64,000 bases of DNA, taken from positions 96,001 through 160,000 of the forward strand of contig JBGAQA010000002.1 in the NCBI GenBank assembly GCA_044220955.1. Direction: 5' to 3'. Shown one piece after another: positions 38,181 to 48,130 of this stretch; position 1 is the stretch's first letter, and each line of letters starts with the position of its first letter. The notes under the pieces were generated by a model. The model did no database searches. It was not told the DNA's origin and saw only the letters and a list, made by a program, of their open reading frames with translations. The stretch is from Sandaracinaceae bacterium (GTDB taxonomy: Bacteria; Myxococcota_A; Polyangia; Polyangiales; Sandaracinaceae). The position numbers and the translations under genes are program-made.

Positions 38181-39841
38181 CGATCCTCGAACATCGCCGC
38201 GAGCTCGGACCAGTGGCGCTCGATGTCGTTCTTGAACGCTACGATCGCGAGCCCGAAGATGAGCACCAGGCCGACCACGCGCGCCGCGATGCGGACCTTG
38301 TCGCCGACCTGGCGGCGCGAGACCGCCTCGAAGACGAGGAAGCAGAGCTGTCCACCGTCGAGGACGGGGATGGGCAAGAGGTTCAGCAGGCCCAGGTTCA
38401 CCGAGATGAAGGCCATGAGCTGCAAGAAGTCGAGCGGCCCCTGGCTCGCCGCTTCGCCCGCGAACTCGGCGATGGCGATCGGGCCGCCGATGGTCCGCGT
38501 CGTGAGGCGCCCCTCGATCAGGCGCACGATGGAGACGAAGGTGAGCTCGACCATCTCGCGCGTGCGCTGCACCGCCTCTCGGAGCGCGTAGCGGACGAGC
38601 GACGGGTTCGCGACGGCCTCGGGCACGGTGGTGGGCGCCCAGTGGTGGATGGCCGGCGTGTACACGGCGAGCGCCTCGCCGTACTCGATCGAGGCGGGGT
38701 CGCGCTCGATCGAGAGACGCCGCGTGAGGATCTGGTCGCCTCGCCGAAGCGTGATCTCGTGGGGGCTCGCGCCGCCGCGCCGCAGATCCTCGTCGAGCTG
38801 GGCCCAGAGGCGCACCGGCGCTCCGTCGAGCGAGACGATGCGGTCGCCGGGGAGGATCCCGGCGCGATGCTCGGGCGAGCCGGCCCGCACTCGCGCCACG
38901 TAGAGATCGGACGACTCGAGGCCAGCGCGAGACAGGCCGCTGCCCGGCCCCGGCTCGGGGGTGAGCGTCGCGACGTGCGGCTCGTAGAGGTCCACGTCGA
39001 ACAGGCCGTCGATGGGCCCGCGGACGGGCGTCGGCCGCAGGTAGGTGATGGGGATCATGGAGCCGCGGTTCGGCTCGAGCACCGCCGCGAGGTCGCGGTA
39101 CGTCTCCACCGGACGACCGCCGGCGGCGACGATGCGGTCGAAGGTCCGCAGGTGCGCGGCGGCGGCGGGGCTCGATGGCGAGACGACGCCGATCACGGCG
39201 AGCGGCGCGAAGGGCGTGATGCCGATGCGCCCGATGTCCTCGCTCAGCTCGAGCGGGAGCGTCTCGTTCGTCAGCGCGGGCGTGATGCGCGTGGTGATCT
39301 CTTCGTCGCCGCGCCGGAGCGTGAACTCCAGCTCGCGACCGGCCGCCGGCTCGATGTAGAGGCCGAGCTCGTAGAACGTGTGCACCTCGTGTCCGTCGAT
39401 CGCGACGATGGTGTCCCCGGGCAGCACGTGCCCGTCGGCAGGCCTCCCGGGAAACACCGTGCCGATCACCGCGGGTGTCTGGCGCGCGTCTCCGAGGAAG
39501 ACGACGAAGTAGAGCAGGAGCGGGAAGACGAGGTTCATCGTCGGGCCCGCGAGCACGATGACGATCCGCTTCCAGAGCGCCTGGTCGTCGAACGCGCGCC
39601 CCTCGTCGGCCTTGCTCGGCTTGTCGTCCGGGCTCTCGCCGAGCATCCGTACGTATCCGCCGAGCGGCAGCGCAGCGATGACGTACTCGGTGTCCCCGCG
39701 CTTGATGCCCGCGATCGTGGGCCCGAAGCCGAGCGAGAACTTCAGGACCTTCACGCCGAAGATCTTCGCGAAGACGAAGTGGCCGAGCTCGTGGACGAAG
39801 ATGAGCACGCCCACGAGCACGACGAAGGAGACGAAGGTCAC
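38177..39841 (-). CDS. rseP: RIP metalloprotease RseP with PDZ domains
   Basis: FVHELGH, FSLGFGP, PLGGYVRM, AGPTMN, NLLPIPVLDGG; ATGA coupling to rsmB. Confidence 0.95.
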   Translation of the reverse strand: MTFVSFVVLVGVLIFVHELGHFVFAKIFGVKVLKFSLGFGPTIAGIKRGDTEYVIAALPLGGYVRMLGESPDDKPSKADEGRAFDDQALWKRIVIVLAGPTMNLVFPLLLYFVVFLGDARQTPAVIGTVFPGRPADGHVLPGDTIVAIDGHEVHTFYELGLYIEPAAGRELEFTLRRGDEEITTRITPALTNETLPLELSEDIGRIGITPFAPLAVIGVVSPSSPAAAAHLRTFDRIVAAGGRPVETYRDLAAVLEPNRGSMIPITYLRPTPVRGPIDGLFDVDLYEPHVATLTPEPGPGSGLSRAGLESSDLYVARVRAGSPEHRAGILPGDRIVSLDGAPVRLWAQLDEDLRRGGASPHEITLRRGDQILTRRLSIERDPASIEYGEALAVYTPAIHHWAPTTVPEAVANPSLVRYALREAVQRTREMVELTFVSIVRLIEGRLTTRTIGGPIAIAEFAGEAASQGPLDFLQLMAFISVNLGLLNLLPIPVLDGGQLCFLVFEAVSRRQVGDKVRIAARVVGLVLIFGLAIVAFKNDIERHWSELAAMFEDR

Positions 39842-39915
39842 GGAAGTCCGGCGTCGAGGCGGTGGGTCACGGCTGGCGGTCGAGCATACGCGGCGCGTCC
39901 GGCCGGCGCACTGTG
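39842..39915. repeat. 74-bp direct repeat, copy 1 (rseP upstream region)
   Basis: Ungapped hand alignment to 41439-41512: 66/74 identical. Confidence 0.9.
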
Positions 39916-40012
39916 AGGCGGCCTCCGGTGGTGGACGGCGCGACGCTCGCGTCGCCCGCCGCCCGACCCGCTCGAGTGAGCGCTGGCGCGACGGCTCCTC
40001 GCAACGACCCGC

Positions 40013-41299
40013 TCAGTGGCGCGCGCTGGGCAGCTCGAGCGCCGCGCGTAGCTCCTCTTCCAGCTCCTCGAGCGCCACCGGCGAGAGCCCGGGCGCCGCG
40101 AAGAGCTCGAGGTGGAGCCGACCCCGGAAGCCGAACGCGACGACCGCCGGGACGTCGATCCCCTCGATGATCGGCCCGATGACGCGCACGTCCTCGATGT
40201 CCTCGCCGAAGGCACGGAGGCCCTCGTCGATGCGTCCGACGTTCGTGACCATGAGGCCGCGGCTGAGCGGCAGCTCCACGAGGAACGGATGCAGGTGCGG
40301 GATCACACGACGCATCACGCCGTGGGGCGCGCCCGCCGCGAGCAGGTTCGGACCGACGAGGTACGCGGGGCCGACGAGGCTCTTCTGGTGCTGCTTGGTG
40401 ACGCTCGCGACCGCCGCGACGGCCGTGCCGAGGTCCCGGGCGGCGCGGCGCGGCACGATGGCCGTCAGGATCGCGGAGGTGTTCGTCGCGGTCAGCCGCG
40501 CCGACGATCCGAAGCGGCGCAGATCCATCGTGTAGAGCACGGCGACGGGGCCGCGATGCGATCGGCCGGCCGACACGCGCGCCAGCCCCGCGACGAGAGC
40601 GTCGTTGACGGTCGCGCCTTGCTCGCGGCAGCGGAGCTTCAGTCGATCGAGCTCCTCGGGGCCGAGGACGATGTGTCGCCAGCTCGACCCGGACGACGCG
40701 TCCGCCGGGAACGCGCGCGTGCGTCGCGCGGCGGCGAAGGTCCGGACCGGCTGCGCGAGCGCGGCCGCGACGTCCCGGGCGAGGACCGGCAGGTGGTACC
40801 AGCGCAGACCGTCGAGCGCGCGCCCGAGCTCGCGCCGACGGTCCACGGGCGCCGTCGGCGCGACACCGTAGAGGTGCGAGCCGAGCACGTGCCCGACCGC
40901 GGCGACCCCACCGCCGTCGACCGCGAGGTGCATGAGACTGAGGACGAGGCGCGAGCCTCCGGCGCGCCCGAGGCCGACCACGCGGATCTGCCGCTCGCGC
41001 GTCGCGTCGATCGAGCGCCGCGCCCAGCGCGCCGTCTCCGCCTCGAGATCGGCCGGAGCTTCGACCACGTGCACCGCGTCCGAGATCGGGCCCTCGACCG
41101 GCGCCCAGCGATCACGCCAGAAGCGCGCCTCGTAGCGACGGCCGAGCACGGGAAAGTCGGCGATGGTCGCCTCGACGGCGCGCTCGAGCTCGGCGCGCGA
41201 GAACGAGCGACGCAGGTCGATCACGGCGTGGATCGAGAGATCCCCGAAGCGTGGAATGGACCCGAACAACCCGACGTCGGCGAGCTCGACCGAGAGCAT
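40013..41299 (-). CDS. Stand-alone condensation-like / CoA-dependent acyltransferase fold protein
   Basis: LERAVEATIADFPVLG, MHLAVDGGG (HxxxDG), ATVNDALVA, MDLRRF, TNVGRID. Confidence 0.75.
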   Translation of the reverse strand: MLSVELADVGLFGSIPRFGDLSIHAVIDLRRSFSRAELERAVEATIADFPVLGRRYEARFWRDRWAPVEGPISDAVHVVEAPADLEAETARWARRSIDATRERQIRVVGLGRAGGSRLVLSLMHLAVDGGGVAAVGHVLGSHLYGVAPTAPVDRRRELGRALDGLRWYHLPVLARDVAAALAQPVRTFAAARRTRAFPADASSGSSWRHIVLGPEELDRLKLRCREQGATVNDALVAGLARVSAGRSHRGPVAVLYTMDLRRFGSSARLTATNTSAILTAIVPRRAARDLGTAVAAVASVTKQHQKSLVGPAYLVGPNLLAAGAPHGVMRRVIPHLHPFLVELPLSRGLMVTNVGRIDEGLRAFGEDIEDVRVIGPIIEGIDVPAVVAFGFRGRLHLELFAAPGLSPVALEELEEELRAALELPSARH

Positions 41300-41438
41300 G
41301 GCGGAACAGTGCGCGAGCGGCCGCGAAAGGAAAGCGCGCTCACGCACGGAGCCGCAGGCGCAGCCCGGCGTCCCATCATCGGCCTCGCCCGCGAGCAGAT
41401 CGTGGACGCGCAGGTCGGTCACGACGTCCTGAGGTCGG

Positions 41439-41512
41439 GGAAGTCCAGCGTCGAGGCGGTGGATCACGGCTCGCCGTCGAGCAAACGCGGCGCGTCCGAC
41501 CGGCTCACCGTG
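41439..41512. repeat. 74-bp direct repeat, copy 2 (overlaps the 3' end of the AraC gene)
   Basis: See copy 1. Confidence 0.9.
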
Positions 41513-42537
41513 TCGCGCTCGTCGGGGTCTCGGCGCGCGATCCCCTTCCGATACCGGGCGGGTGCGCTCCCGGTCCAGCGACGAAACGCGCGAGAGAACG
41601 CGCTCGGCTCGGAGTAGCCGAGGAGCCCCGCGATCTCGTCGATGGAGAGGGTGGCGTCTCGCAAGTGCGCGCAGGCGAGCTCGCACCGCGCCTCGTCGAG
41701 GAGCGTGGAGTAGGCGACGCCCCGCTCCACGAGGCGGCGCTGGAGCGTGCGCGGGCTCGTGCCGAGGCGCTTGCCGAGCGTGGCGACGTCGAGGCGGCCC
41801 TCGCCGATCATGCGCGCCAGCTCGGTCCGCGCACGATCGAGCAGATCCGCAGAGGGTGCCTTCGCGGCGAGCGTCTGCGCGTGTCGCTCGAGGATCGCGC
41901 ACAGGCTCGCGTCCGCGCTCGACATGGGCAGGTCCAAGACGTCGGGCGAGAACACGAGCGCGCTCGCCGCGTGGTCGAACGTCGCCGGCACGCCGAAGAT
42001 CTCCAGATAGCGCCCAGCCGGCGCGAGCGCGGGCCCGCGCAGCTCGACGACCCGCGGACGCATGCGCGCGTCCAAGCGGCGCAGGCGCAGCACGATGACG
42101 GCGAAGACGTAGTCGCGGCCGAGCGGATGGATCCGTACGCCCGGGACGCGCAGCTCGCTCTCGAGCCGCACGTCCCCCCCGCCGGGCGCGTCGACCACCC
42201 GGAACTGCGAGGTCGTGGTGGCGATCCGGTGCAGCCGGTCGACCATGACGAGCGCGTCGCGGAGCGTCGCGCACGAGGGAAGGAGGTAGTCGAGGACGTC
42301 GAGCGCTCCGGCCGGGACGCTCGCACCGACGCGAAGACCGAGGTCCGGCGACGGATCGAGCCGACGCGCCGCCTCCCAGAGCGCGTGGATCGCGGACGCC
42401 GGCACCCAGCGCTCGGGGTCGTCGAGGGCGGCGAGGTCGACGCCGGCCGCGCGGGCGAGCGACTCGGCGGGCAGCCCCGCGGCGGCGAGCCCGCGGAGGT
42501 GCGCCCGGACGTGGGCCGAACGGACCCCAGCCGACAT
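41464..42537 (-). CDS. AraC-family regulator (OruR/arabinose-binding-2 type)
   Basis: SCATLRDAL, LGTSPRTLQRRL, IAGLLGYSEPSAFSRAFRRWTG; start uncertain (42537 or 42612). Confidence 0.93.
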   Translation of the reverse strand: MSAGVRSAHVRAHLRGLAAAGLPAESLARAAGVDLAALDDPERWVPASAIHALWEAARRLDPSPDLGLRVGASVPAGALDVLDYLLPSCATLRDALVMVDRLHRIATTTSQFRVVDAPGGGDVRLESELRVPGVRIHPLGRDYVFAVIVLRLRRLDARMRPRVVELRGPALAPAGRYLEIFGVPATFDHAASALVFSPDVLDLPMSSADASLCAILERHAQTLAAKAPSADLLDRARTELARMIGEGRLDVATLGKRLGTSPRTLQRRLVERGVAYSTLLDEARCELACAHLRDATLSIDEIAGLLGYSEPSAFSRAFRRWTGSAPARYRKGIARRDPDERDTVSRSDAPRLLDGEP

Positions 42538-42646
42538 GCTGCGAGCGTCGATCGCGCCCGCGGCGGCGTCAAGGTCGGCGCCCGCCGTCAAGAAGTCGTC
42601 GCGCGATGTCATGGCCCTCGGTGCGCCGCGCGGGCACGCTCGCGGC

Positions 42647-43555
42647 ATGGTCACACCGAACATGATCCGCCCCCTGTCCCCCGATCTCACCGAGCGCGTG
42701 ATCGAGCGACTCGGCCTCGCTCGCCTGCCTGAGCCGGACCTCGAAGGGCTCGACGCCTCGTACGGCGCGTATGGTCGACGGGTGCCCTTCGACAGCGCGC
42801 TGAAGCGTCTCCGGGTCGCGGCCGGGAACGCGGGACCGCTGCCCGGCGCCTCGTCCGAGGAGTTCTGGGCGCGGTGGCTCCAGCACGGAACGGGCGGGAC
42901 GTGCTGGGCGGGCGCGGGCGCGCTCGGGAGCCTGCTGGCGGCGCTCGGCTTCACCGTTCATCGCACGCTCGCGACGATGAATCCGGGTCCCATGTCGCGA
43001 GAGCCGAACCACGGCACGCTCGTCGTCGAGCTGGACGACGGGCGCTTTCTGGTCGACCCCTCGATCACGACGGGCGTGCCGCTGGCGCTCGACGGGACCG
43101 CGCGGCCCGGTGCCATCGGCGGCGCCGAGGTCCGCCGCGGCGAGGCAGGCGAGACGCTCGTGTTCTGGCGCCCACTGCACAGCCCCGCGGGCATCGTCTT
43201 CCGCATCGACGAGGTCGGCGCGTCCGAGGCGGCGTTCGCGGCGCGGCACGAGGCGAGCCGCGTCTTCTCGCTCTTCAACCACGCCCTGCACGCGCGCCTG
43301 GCGAAGGACGGCGGCGTCGTCGGCATCACGCTCGGCATGCGCGTCGCCATCGACGCGAACGGCCGGGTCCGCGCGCGCCGCCTCGACGACGAGGGCCGCC
43401 TTCGCGTTCTGTGCGACGAGCTCGGCATCGCGGAGGAGGTCGCTCGTGCAGTCCCGGCCGACGAGCCCTTGCCGCCCCCGCCCGGGATGCCCGCCGAGCG
43501 CTGGGCGCAGATCGCGGCCGGGCTCATGGCCGCCGCGCCGCAGCCCGACGAGTGA
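42647..43555 (+). CDS. Arylamine N-acetyltransferase family protein
   Basis: RVPFD, GGTCW (Cys), NHGTLVV (His), FLVDP (Asp) triad pattern. Confidence 0.8.
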   Translation: MVTPNMIRPLSPDLTERVIERLGLARLPEPDLEGLDASYGAYGRRVPFDSALKRLRVAAGNAGPLPGASSEEFWARWLQHGTGGTCWAGAGALGSLLAALGFTVHRTLATMNPGPMSREPNHGTLVVELDDGRFLVDPSITTGVPLALDGTARPGAIGGAEVRRGEAGETLVFWRPLHSPAGIVFRIDEVGASEAAFAARHEASRVFSLFNHALHARLAKDGGVVGITLGMRVAIDANGRVRARRLDDEGRLRVLCDELGIAEEVARAVPADEPLPPPPGMPAERWAQIAAGLMAAAPQPDE

Positions 43556-43583
43556 CGCGGCCCGGCCCGCGCGCCGTGCCAGC

Positions 43584-44180
43584 TCACGGCTCGCGGTCGC
43601 GCATCGGCGGCGCTCCGGACCGCCGCACGGTGGAGAGCAGCGCCTCGGCGTCCTCCGCGCCGACGGCGATCCAGCGTGCGCGCAGCTCCGGCGGCACGAC
43701 GAGCGGCATCCGGTGGTGGACGGGACGCACCTCGCGGCTCGCCGCCGTCGTCAAGAGGACGAAGCGCGCAGGACCGCCGCCCTCGTCGGGGAGATAGAGC
43801 CCCGCCATGGTGAGCAGGGAGTCGCCGGGCGCCCCGGCCGCCGCGAAGAGGTGGTGTCGGCGCGCGCCCTTGGGCCCGGACCACTCGTGGAATGCGTGCG
43901 CGGGGACGAGGCAGCGGCGTGTCTCGAGGGCCTGCCGCGAGTCGCCTTCGCGCGCTGCGCTCTCCGACCGCGTGTTCAGGTGGATCCTCTCCTTGGGCCG
44001 CGTGCCCGGCCAGCCGAACTTCATCGGGACCAGCACGCGGGCGCCGTCTCGGACGACGAGCGCGGGCGCGACGTCCGTCGGCGCGATCGTGCGTCGCGGC
44101 GTGATCTCGCCGTGCTGCATCGCGTCGAGCGCCTCGGCGATGCGGGCAGGCGTGTCCTCGACCTCGTAGCGGGCGCACAC
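43584..44180 (-). CDS. SOS-response-associated peptidase (SRAP/YedK/HMCES family)
   Basis: MCARY N-terminus, NTRSES, RRCLVPAHAFHEW, VHHRMPLV. Confidence 0.92.
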   Translation of the reverse strand: MCARYEVEDTPARIAEALDAMQHGEITPRRTIAPTDVAPALVVRDGARVLVPMKFGWPGTRPKERIHLNTRSESAAREGDSRQALETRRCLVPAHAFHEWSGPKGARRHHLFAAAGAPGDSLLTMAGLYLPDEGGGPARFVLLTTAASREVRPVHHRMPLVVPPELRARWIAVGAEDAEALLSTVRRSGAPPMRDREP

Positions 44181-44263
44181 GACCCCAGCCTACCCCCGAA
44201 GCGCGTGCGAATCCGCCATTCCTCGCTCGACGGGGGCGCGCCTCGTGGCATCATCGCGGCGGG

Positions 44264-45073
44264 ATGAAGAGGGGATCAGGCGTGGTGGGGGAAGCGAACG
44301 GCAAGAGGCCGAAGAAGGCGCTCGCCGGCAAGGCGCCAGCCGCGACGGCGAAGGCGACGAACGGCAACCACGCCGATCGAGATCTCGAGCCGATCCCGGC
44401 GCGCCCGTCGCGCGCCGAGCGCGCGGACGGAGACGCCCGCCAGCGCCGCATCGACGAGGTCTGCGCGGCGTGGGCCGCGATCGTCTCCGAGCGCATGGCG
44501 GCCGACGAGCAGTTCGCCGAGCAGTACGAGGCCTACGGCAAGCGCACGACCGACCTCCGGGGGCTCTTCGCGTGGGACGCGCTTCACGCGGCGGAGGCGA
44601 ACCTGTCGATCGTCAACGCGTCGATCGCGCGCCACCTGTCGGAGGACGGCCGCGGCGATCCGCGCGCGATCCTCGCCGACCTGCGCTGGGAGCAGCGCAA
44701 GCTCGCGGCCGTCTACGCGGTCAACGCGTTCGTCGCGGTGCTCAACCAGATGTCGACGCAGAAGCCGAAGTGGATCGCCATGGAGGAGTTCGACCCGCGC
44801 ATCGCGGTGCTCTCGCTCGCACACCAGACGCTCGGGTACGCGCTCGACGCACTCCACATCGAGGCGCCCGGGGACCTGACCGATCACATCCTCAAGGCCA
44901 GCCAGGATCAGACCGTCTGGGCCATCGAGCCCGAGCGCGATCCTCATCGCCTCAACGCAGCGTCGTACGCGGCGGCGGCGTTCTTCCGCGCGATCAACTC
45001 GCCCGAGCTCGTGACGGCCGAGGAGATCGGGTCGCTCTACGTCACGCGCGCCAAGAGTCGCTCGCGCGGCTGA
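44264..45073 (+). CDS. Hypothetical helical protein
   Basis: 269-aa ORF with coding-like composition filling the gap; no motif recognised. Confidence 0.7.
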   Translation: MKRGSGVVGEANGKRPKKALAGKAPAATAKATNGNHADRDLEPIPARPSRAERADGDARQRRIDEVCAAWAAIVSERMAADEQFAEQYEAYGKRTTDLRGLFAWDALHAAEANLSIVNASIARHLSEDGRGDPRAILADLRWEQRKLAAVYAVNAFVAVLNQMSTQKPKWIAMEEFDPRIAVLSLAHQTLGYALDALHIEAPGDLTDHILKASQDQTVWAIEPERDPHRLNAASYAAAAFFRAINSPELVTAEEIGSLYVTRAKSRSRG

Positions 45074-45077
45074 AGGC

Positions 45078-46523
45078 GTGCGCGCTCCACGCCACGCGCA
45101 CCCGATCGCGCTCGGTGCGCTCGTGCTCGCCTGTGGGGGCTCCCCTGCGACGCCGCCCCGCGCGCCAGCCCCGGCGACCACGCCGGCGGCCTGCGAGCAC
45201 GCGCGCAGCGACGTCGTGCTCGCCCCGCTGCCGGCGTCCGTGCCAGCGGCTCTCGCGCCGACGCGCGCCGCGCTCGAGGCCGGTCAGCCGCTCGACGCCG
45301 CGAGCCTCGGCATCGAGGTGCTGGAGGATCCGAGCGCGCCGGCGGACGTGCGAGCGAGCGCGGGGTGGCTCGTCGCCCACGCGCTCTTCGCGGCGGGGCT
45401 GCACCAATCGGCGCTCGCGGTGGTGGACCAGCTCACCAACACGGGACCGGCGCGCGGGCCGCTTCCGGCGGAGCTGCAGCCGCTGGTCCTGGCCCTCTCT
45501 CGCGAGCCACACACCCGAGACACGGCGCAGCGAATGCTGGACGGCTCGCGCGCGGCGGGGGCGACGCCGACGGGACCCGCATACGCCTTGCCGCTCGCGC
45601 GGGGCGCGCTCGAGGCGGGTGACCCCGCCATCGCCGAGGCGGTGCTCGCCAGCGTCCCGCGCGCGGCGCCGGAGTGGCTCGACGCCCAGTGGACGCGCGC
45701 CGAGGCCGCGCTCTACCTGACGCAATTCGACCGCGCGGCGGCGGCGTTCGCGTCTCTGGCCGAGACGGACCCGTGCGCCCGGCGGCGCGACCTCGCGCGC
45801 CTGTCCCTCGCGCGCCTCTACTTCGGCGCGGGCACCGGCGGCGGCGACGGGCGCGGCGAGAGCATGCTGAACGCCTACACGCTCTTCGACGCGGTCGACC
45901 CCTACGGGCCCTACGCGAGCGACGCGGCGCTCGGGCGTGCGTGGGCCGCGATGTGGCTCGACGCCTTCGACGAGTCCCGGGAAGCGCTCGACCGGATCGA
46001 CCACGCCTTCCGCCAGAGGACGGTGGAGGTGGACGTGCTCGAGGCGATGCTCGCGCTCCAGCGCTGCGACGCGGCGACGGGGCGCGCGGCGCTCGCGCGT
46101 GTGAGCGCGAGGGCGGCGCTGCTGGCCGAGCTCCGCGCGAGCTTGCCCGACGACGACGAGGCCCTCGCCCAGCGCGCGACGGAATGGGTCCGCGGGGACG
46201 CGACGCTCGGCGGCGCGCTCGAGACGCTCCGCCAGAGCCTGCGCGCCGACGACGTCGTCCGGGACGCGATCGAGGCCCGCGCGGCGCTCGCGCGCGAGCA
46301 GGAAGTCCTCGCAGCGGCGCCCGCTGCGTTTCGGGCGAGCCCGGCCGGCCAACGCGCCGAGCAAGATCTCTTCGTCGCGGCGAGCTTCGGCACCAGCCAG
46401 CTCGCCGAGCGGGTGCGCTCCCGGGCGAACGGAATCGTCGACGACGCCGGGGCGCAGGCCGCCCGCCTCGACGAGCTCGGCCCCGCGCTCGACGCCTGCA
46501 GCGCCGAGGCGACCACGAACTGA
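45078..46523 (+). CDS. TPR-like lipoprotein
   Basis: LVLAC lipobox; helical repeats (DLARLSLARLYF, DAALGRAWAAM). Confidence 0.7.
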   Translation: MRAPRHAHPIALGALVLACGGSPATPPRAPAPATTPAACEHARSDVVLAPLPASVPAALAPTRAALEAGQPLDAASLGIEVLEDPSAPADVRASAGWLVAHALFAAGLHQSALAVVDQLTNTGPARGPLPAELQPLVLALSREPHTRDTAQRMLDGSRAAGATPTGPAYALPLARGALEAGDPAIAEAVLASVPRAAPEWLDAQWTRAEAALYLTQFDRAAAAFASLAETDPCARRRDLARLSLARLYFGAGTGGGDGRGESMLNAYTLFDAVDPYGPYASDAALGRAWAAMWLDAFDESREALDRIDHAFRQRTVEVDVLEAMLALQRCDAATGRAALARVSARAALLAELRASLPDDDEALAQRATEWVRGDATLGGALETLRQSLRADDVVRDAIEARAALAREQEVLAAAPAAFRASPAGQRAEQDLFVAASFGTSQLAERVRSRANGIVDDAGAQAARLDELGPALDACSAEATTN

Positions 46524-46586
46524 GGGCGGAGCACGCCCCTGATCGACGCGCTTGATCGGCCCCGTCGCGCCGGCGATTCTCTCCCG

Positions 46587-46817
46587 ATGCGGCTCCTGCT
46601 CTGCCTCGTCGTCGCCCTCTGCTCGCCGTGCGTCGCCGCCGCGCAGGACCCCCAGCCCGCCCCGAGCGTCGACTTCGCCGCTCCGCTCTACGCGCCCGAC
46701 CACCCGCTGGCCGGCCACGCCGCGGCGCTCGACGGCCGCGGCTGCCGCATCGTGCTCGGGCCCAGCCTGCGCTCGAACTTCCTGCCGGAGCTGCTCCGCT
46801 CGCTCCCGCCGCGCTGA
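46587..46817 (+). CDS. Small secreted hypothetical protein
   Basis: Signal MRLLLCLVVALCSPCVAAAQ; stop 2 nt before the FMO start. Confidence 0.55.
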   Translation: MRLLLCLVVALCSPCVAAAQDPQPAPSVDFAAPLYAPDHPLAGHAAALDGRGCRIVLGPSLRSNFLPELLRSLPPR

Positions 46818-46819
46818 GC

Positions 46820-48130
46820 ATGCGCGCCTGCATCATCGGCGCCGGCAGCTCGGGGATCGCGGCCGCCAAGGAGCTGCGGGCGAAGAACGTCGCGTTCGAC
46901 TGCTTCGAGGCGTCCGATCGCGTCGGCGGCAACTGGGTCTACAGGAACAAGAACGGCATGAGCGCCTGCTACGCAGGCCTCAACATCAACACGAGCCGGA
47001 CGCGCATGGAGTACCCGGGCTTCCCGATGCCCGCGAGCTACCCGGACTTCCCCCACCACTCGCAGATCGCGGCGTACTTCGAGGCCTACGTCGATCACCA
47101 CGGGATCCGCGACGCGATCCGCTTCGAGACGAAGGTCGAGCGCGTCACCAGGGAGGGAGCCCGCTTCCGCGTGAGGACGTCGCGCGGCGAGGACGTCTAC
47201 GACGCCGTGCTCGTCGCCAACGGACACCACTGGGATCCGCGCTGGCCGGACCCGCCGATCCCCGGCGAGCTGAGCGGCACCGTGATGCACGCGCACGCCT
47301 ACGACACGCCGGACGTCTTCAAGGACCGCCACGTGGTCGTGCTCGGGATGGGCAACAGCGCGATGGACATCGCCGTGGAGTCCTCCTACGTGGCGGCGCA
47401 CACGACGCTCTGCTCGCGCCGCGGCGCGTGGATCATCCCCAAGTACATGTTCGGTCGGCCGCTCGACACGTTCGTCACCAACCCGCGCGTCCCGTTCCGC
47501 GTCCGGCGCCGCATCGCCAAGGCGCTCGTCGACCTCACGGTCGGCGACCTCGCGCGCTACGGCCTGCCGACGCCCGATCACCGGATCGACCAGGCGCACC
47601 CGACCATCAGCGGGCGCATCCTCGACCGGCTCGGACACGGCGCGATCGGGTACCGCCCGATGATCGAGCGCCTCGAGGGGGACCACGTACGCTTCGTGGA
47701 CGGCTCGCGCGTGCGCTGCGACGTGCTCGTCTACTGCACGGGCTACAGGGTCACCTTCCCGTTCTTCGATCCCGGCTTCGTGTCGGCGAAGGACAACGAT
47801 CTACCCCTGTTCCGCCGCGTCGTGCACCCGGACGTCCCCGGGCTCTACTTCGTCGGCCTCCTGCAGCCGCTCGGCGCGATCATGCCGCTCGCCCAGGCCC
47901 AGGGCGAGTGGATCGCCGACACCCTCCGAGGTCGCTACGTGCCGCCGTCCCGCGCGGCGATGGTGGCCGACATGGCGCGCGAGCGCCGGCAGATGTTCGA
48001 TCGCTACGTCCAATCGCCGCGGCACACCATGCAGGTGGACTTCGACGACTACCTCCTCGCGCTCGCGATCGAGCGGCGCGCGGGCGAGAAGCGGGCGCGA
48101 GCGACTACGGGAGCGCGACCGGGGGCGTGA
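46820..48130 (+). CDS. Flavin-containing monooxygenase (FMO family)
   Basis: IIGAGSSG, VGGNW, VANGHHW, MHAHAY, LGMGNSAMD, YCTGY. Confidence 0.95.
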   Translation: MRACIIGAGSSGIAAAKELRAKNVAFDCFEASDRVGGNWVYRNKNGMSACYAGLNINTSRTRMEYPGFPMPASYPDFPHHSQIAAYFEAYVDHHGIRDAIRFETKVERVTREGARFRVRTSRGEDVYDAVLVANGHHWDPRWPDPPIPGELSGTVMHAHAYDTPDVFKDRHVVVLGMGNSAMDIAVESSYVAAHTTLCSRRGAWIIPKYMFGRPLDTFVTNPRVPFRVRRRIAKALVDLTVGDLARYGLPTPDHRIDQAHPTISGRILDRLGHGAIGYRPMIERLEGDHVRFVDGSRVRCDVLVYCTGYRVTFPFFDPGFVSAKDNDLPLFRRVVHPDVPGLYFVGLLQPLGAIMPLAQAQGEWIADTLRGRYVPPSRAAMVADMARERRQMFDRYVQSPRHTMQVDFDDYLLALAIERRAGEKRARATTGARPGA

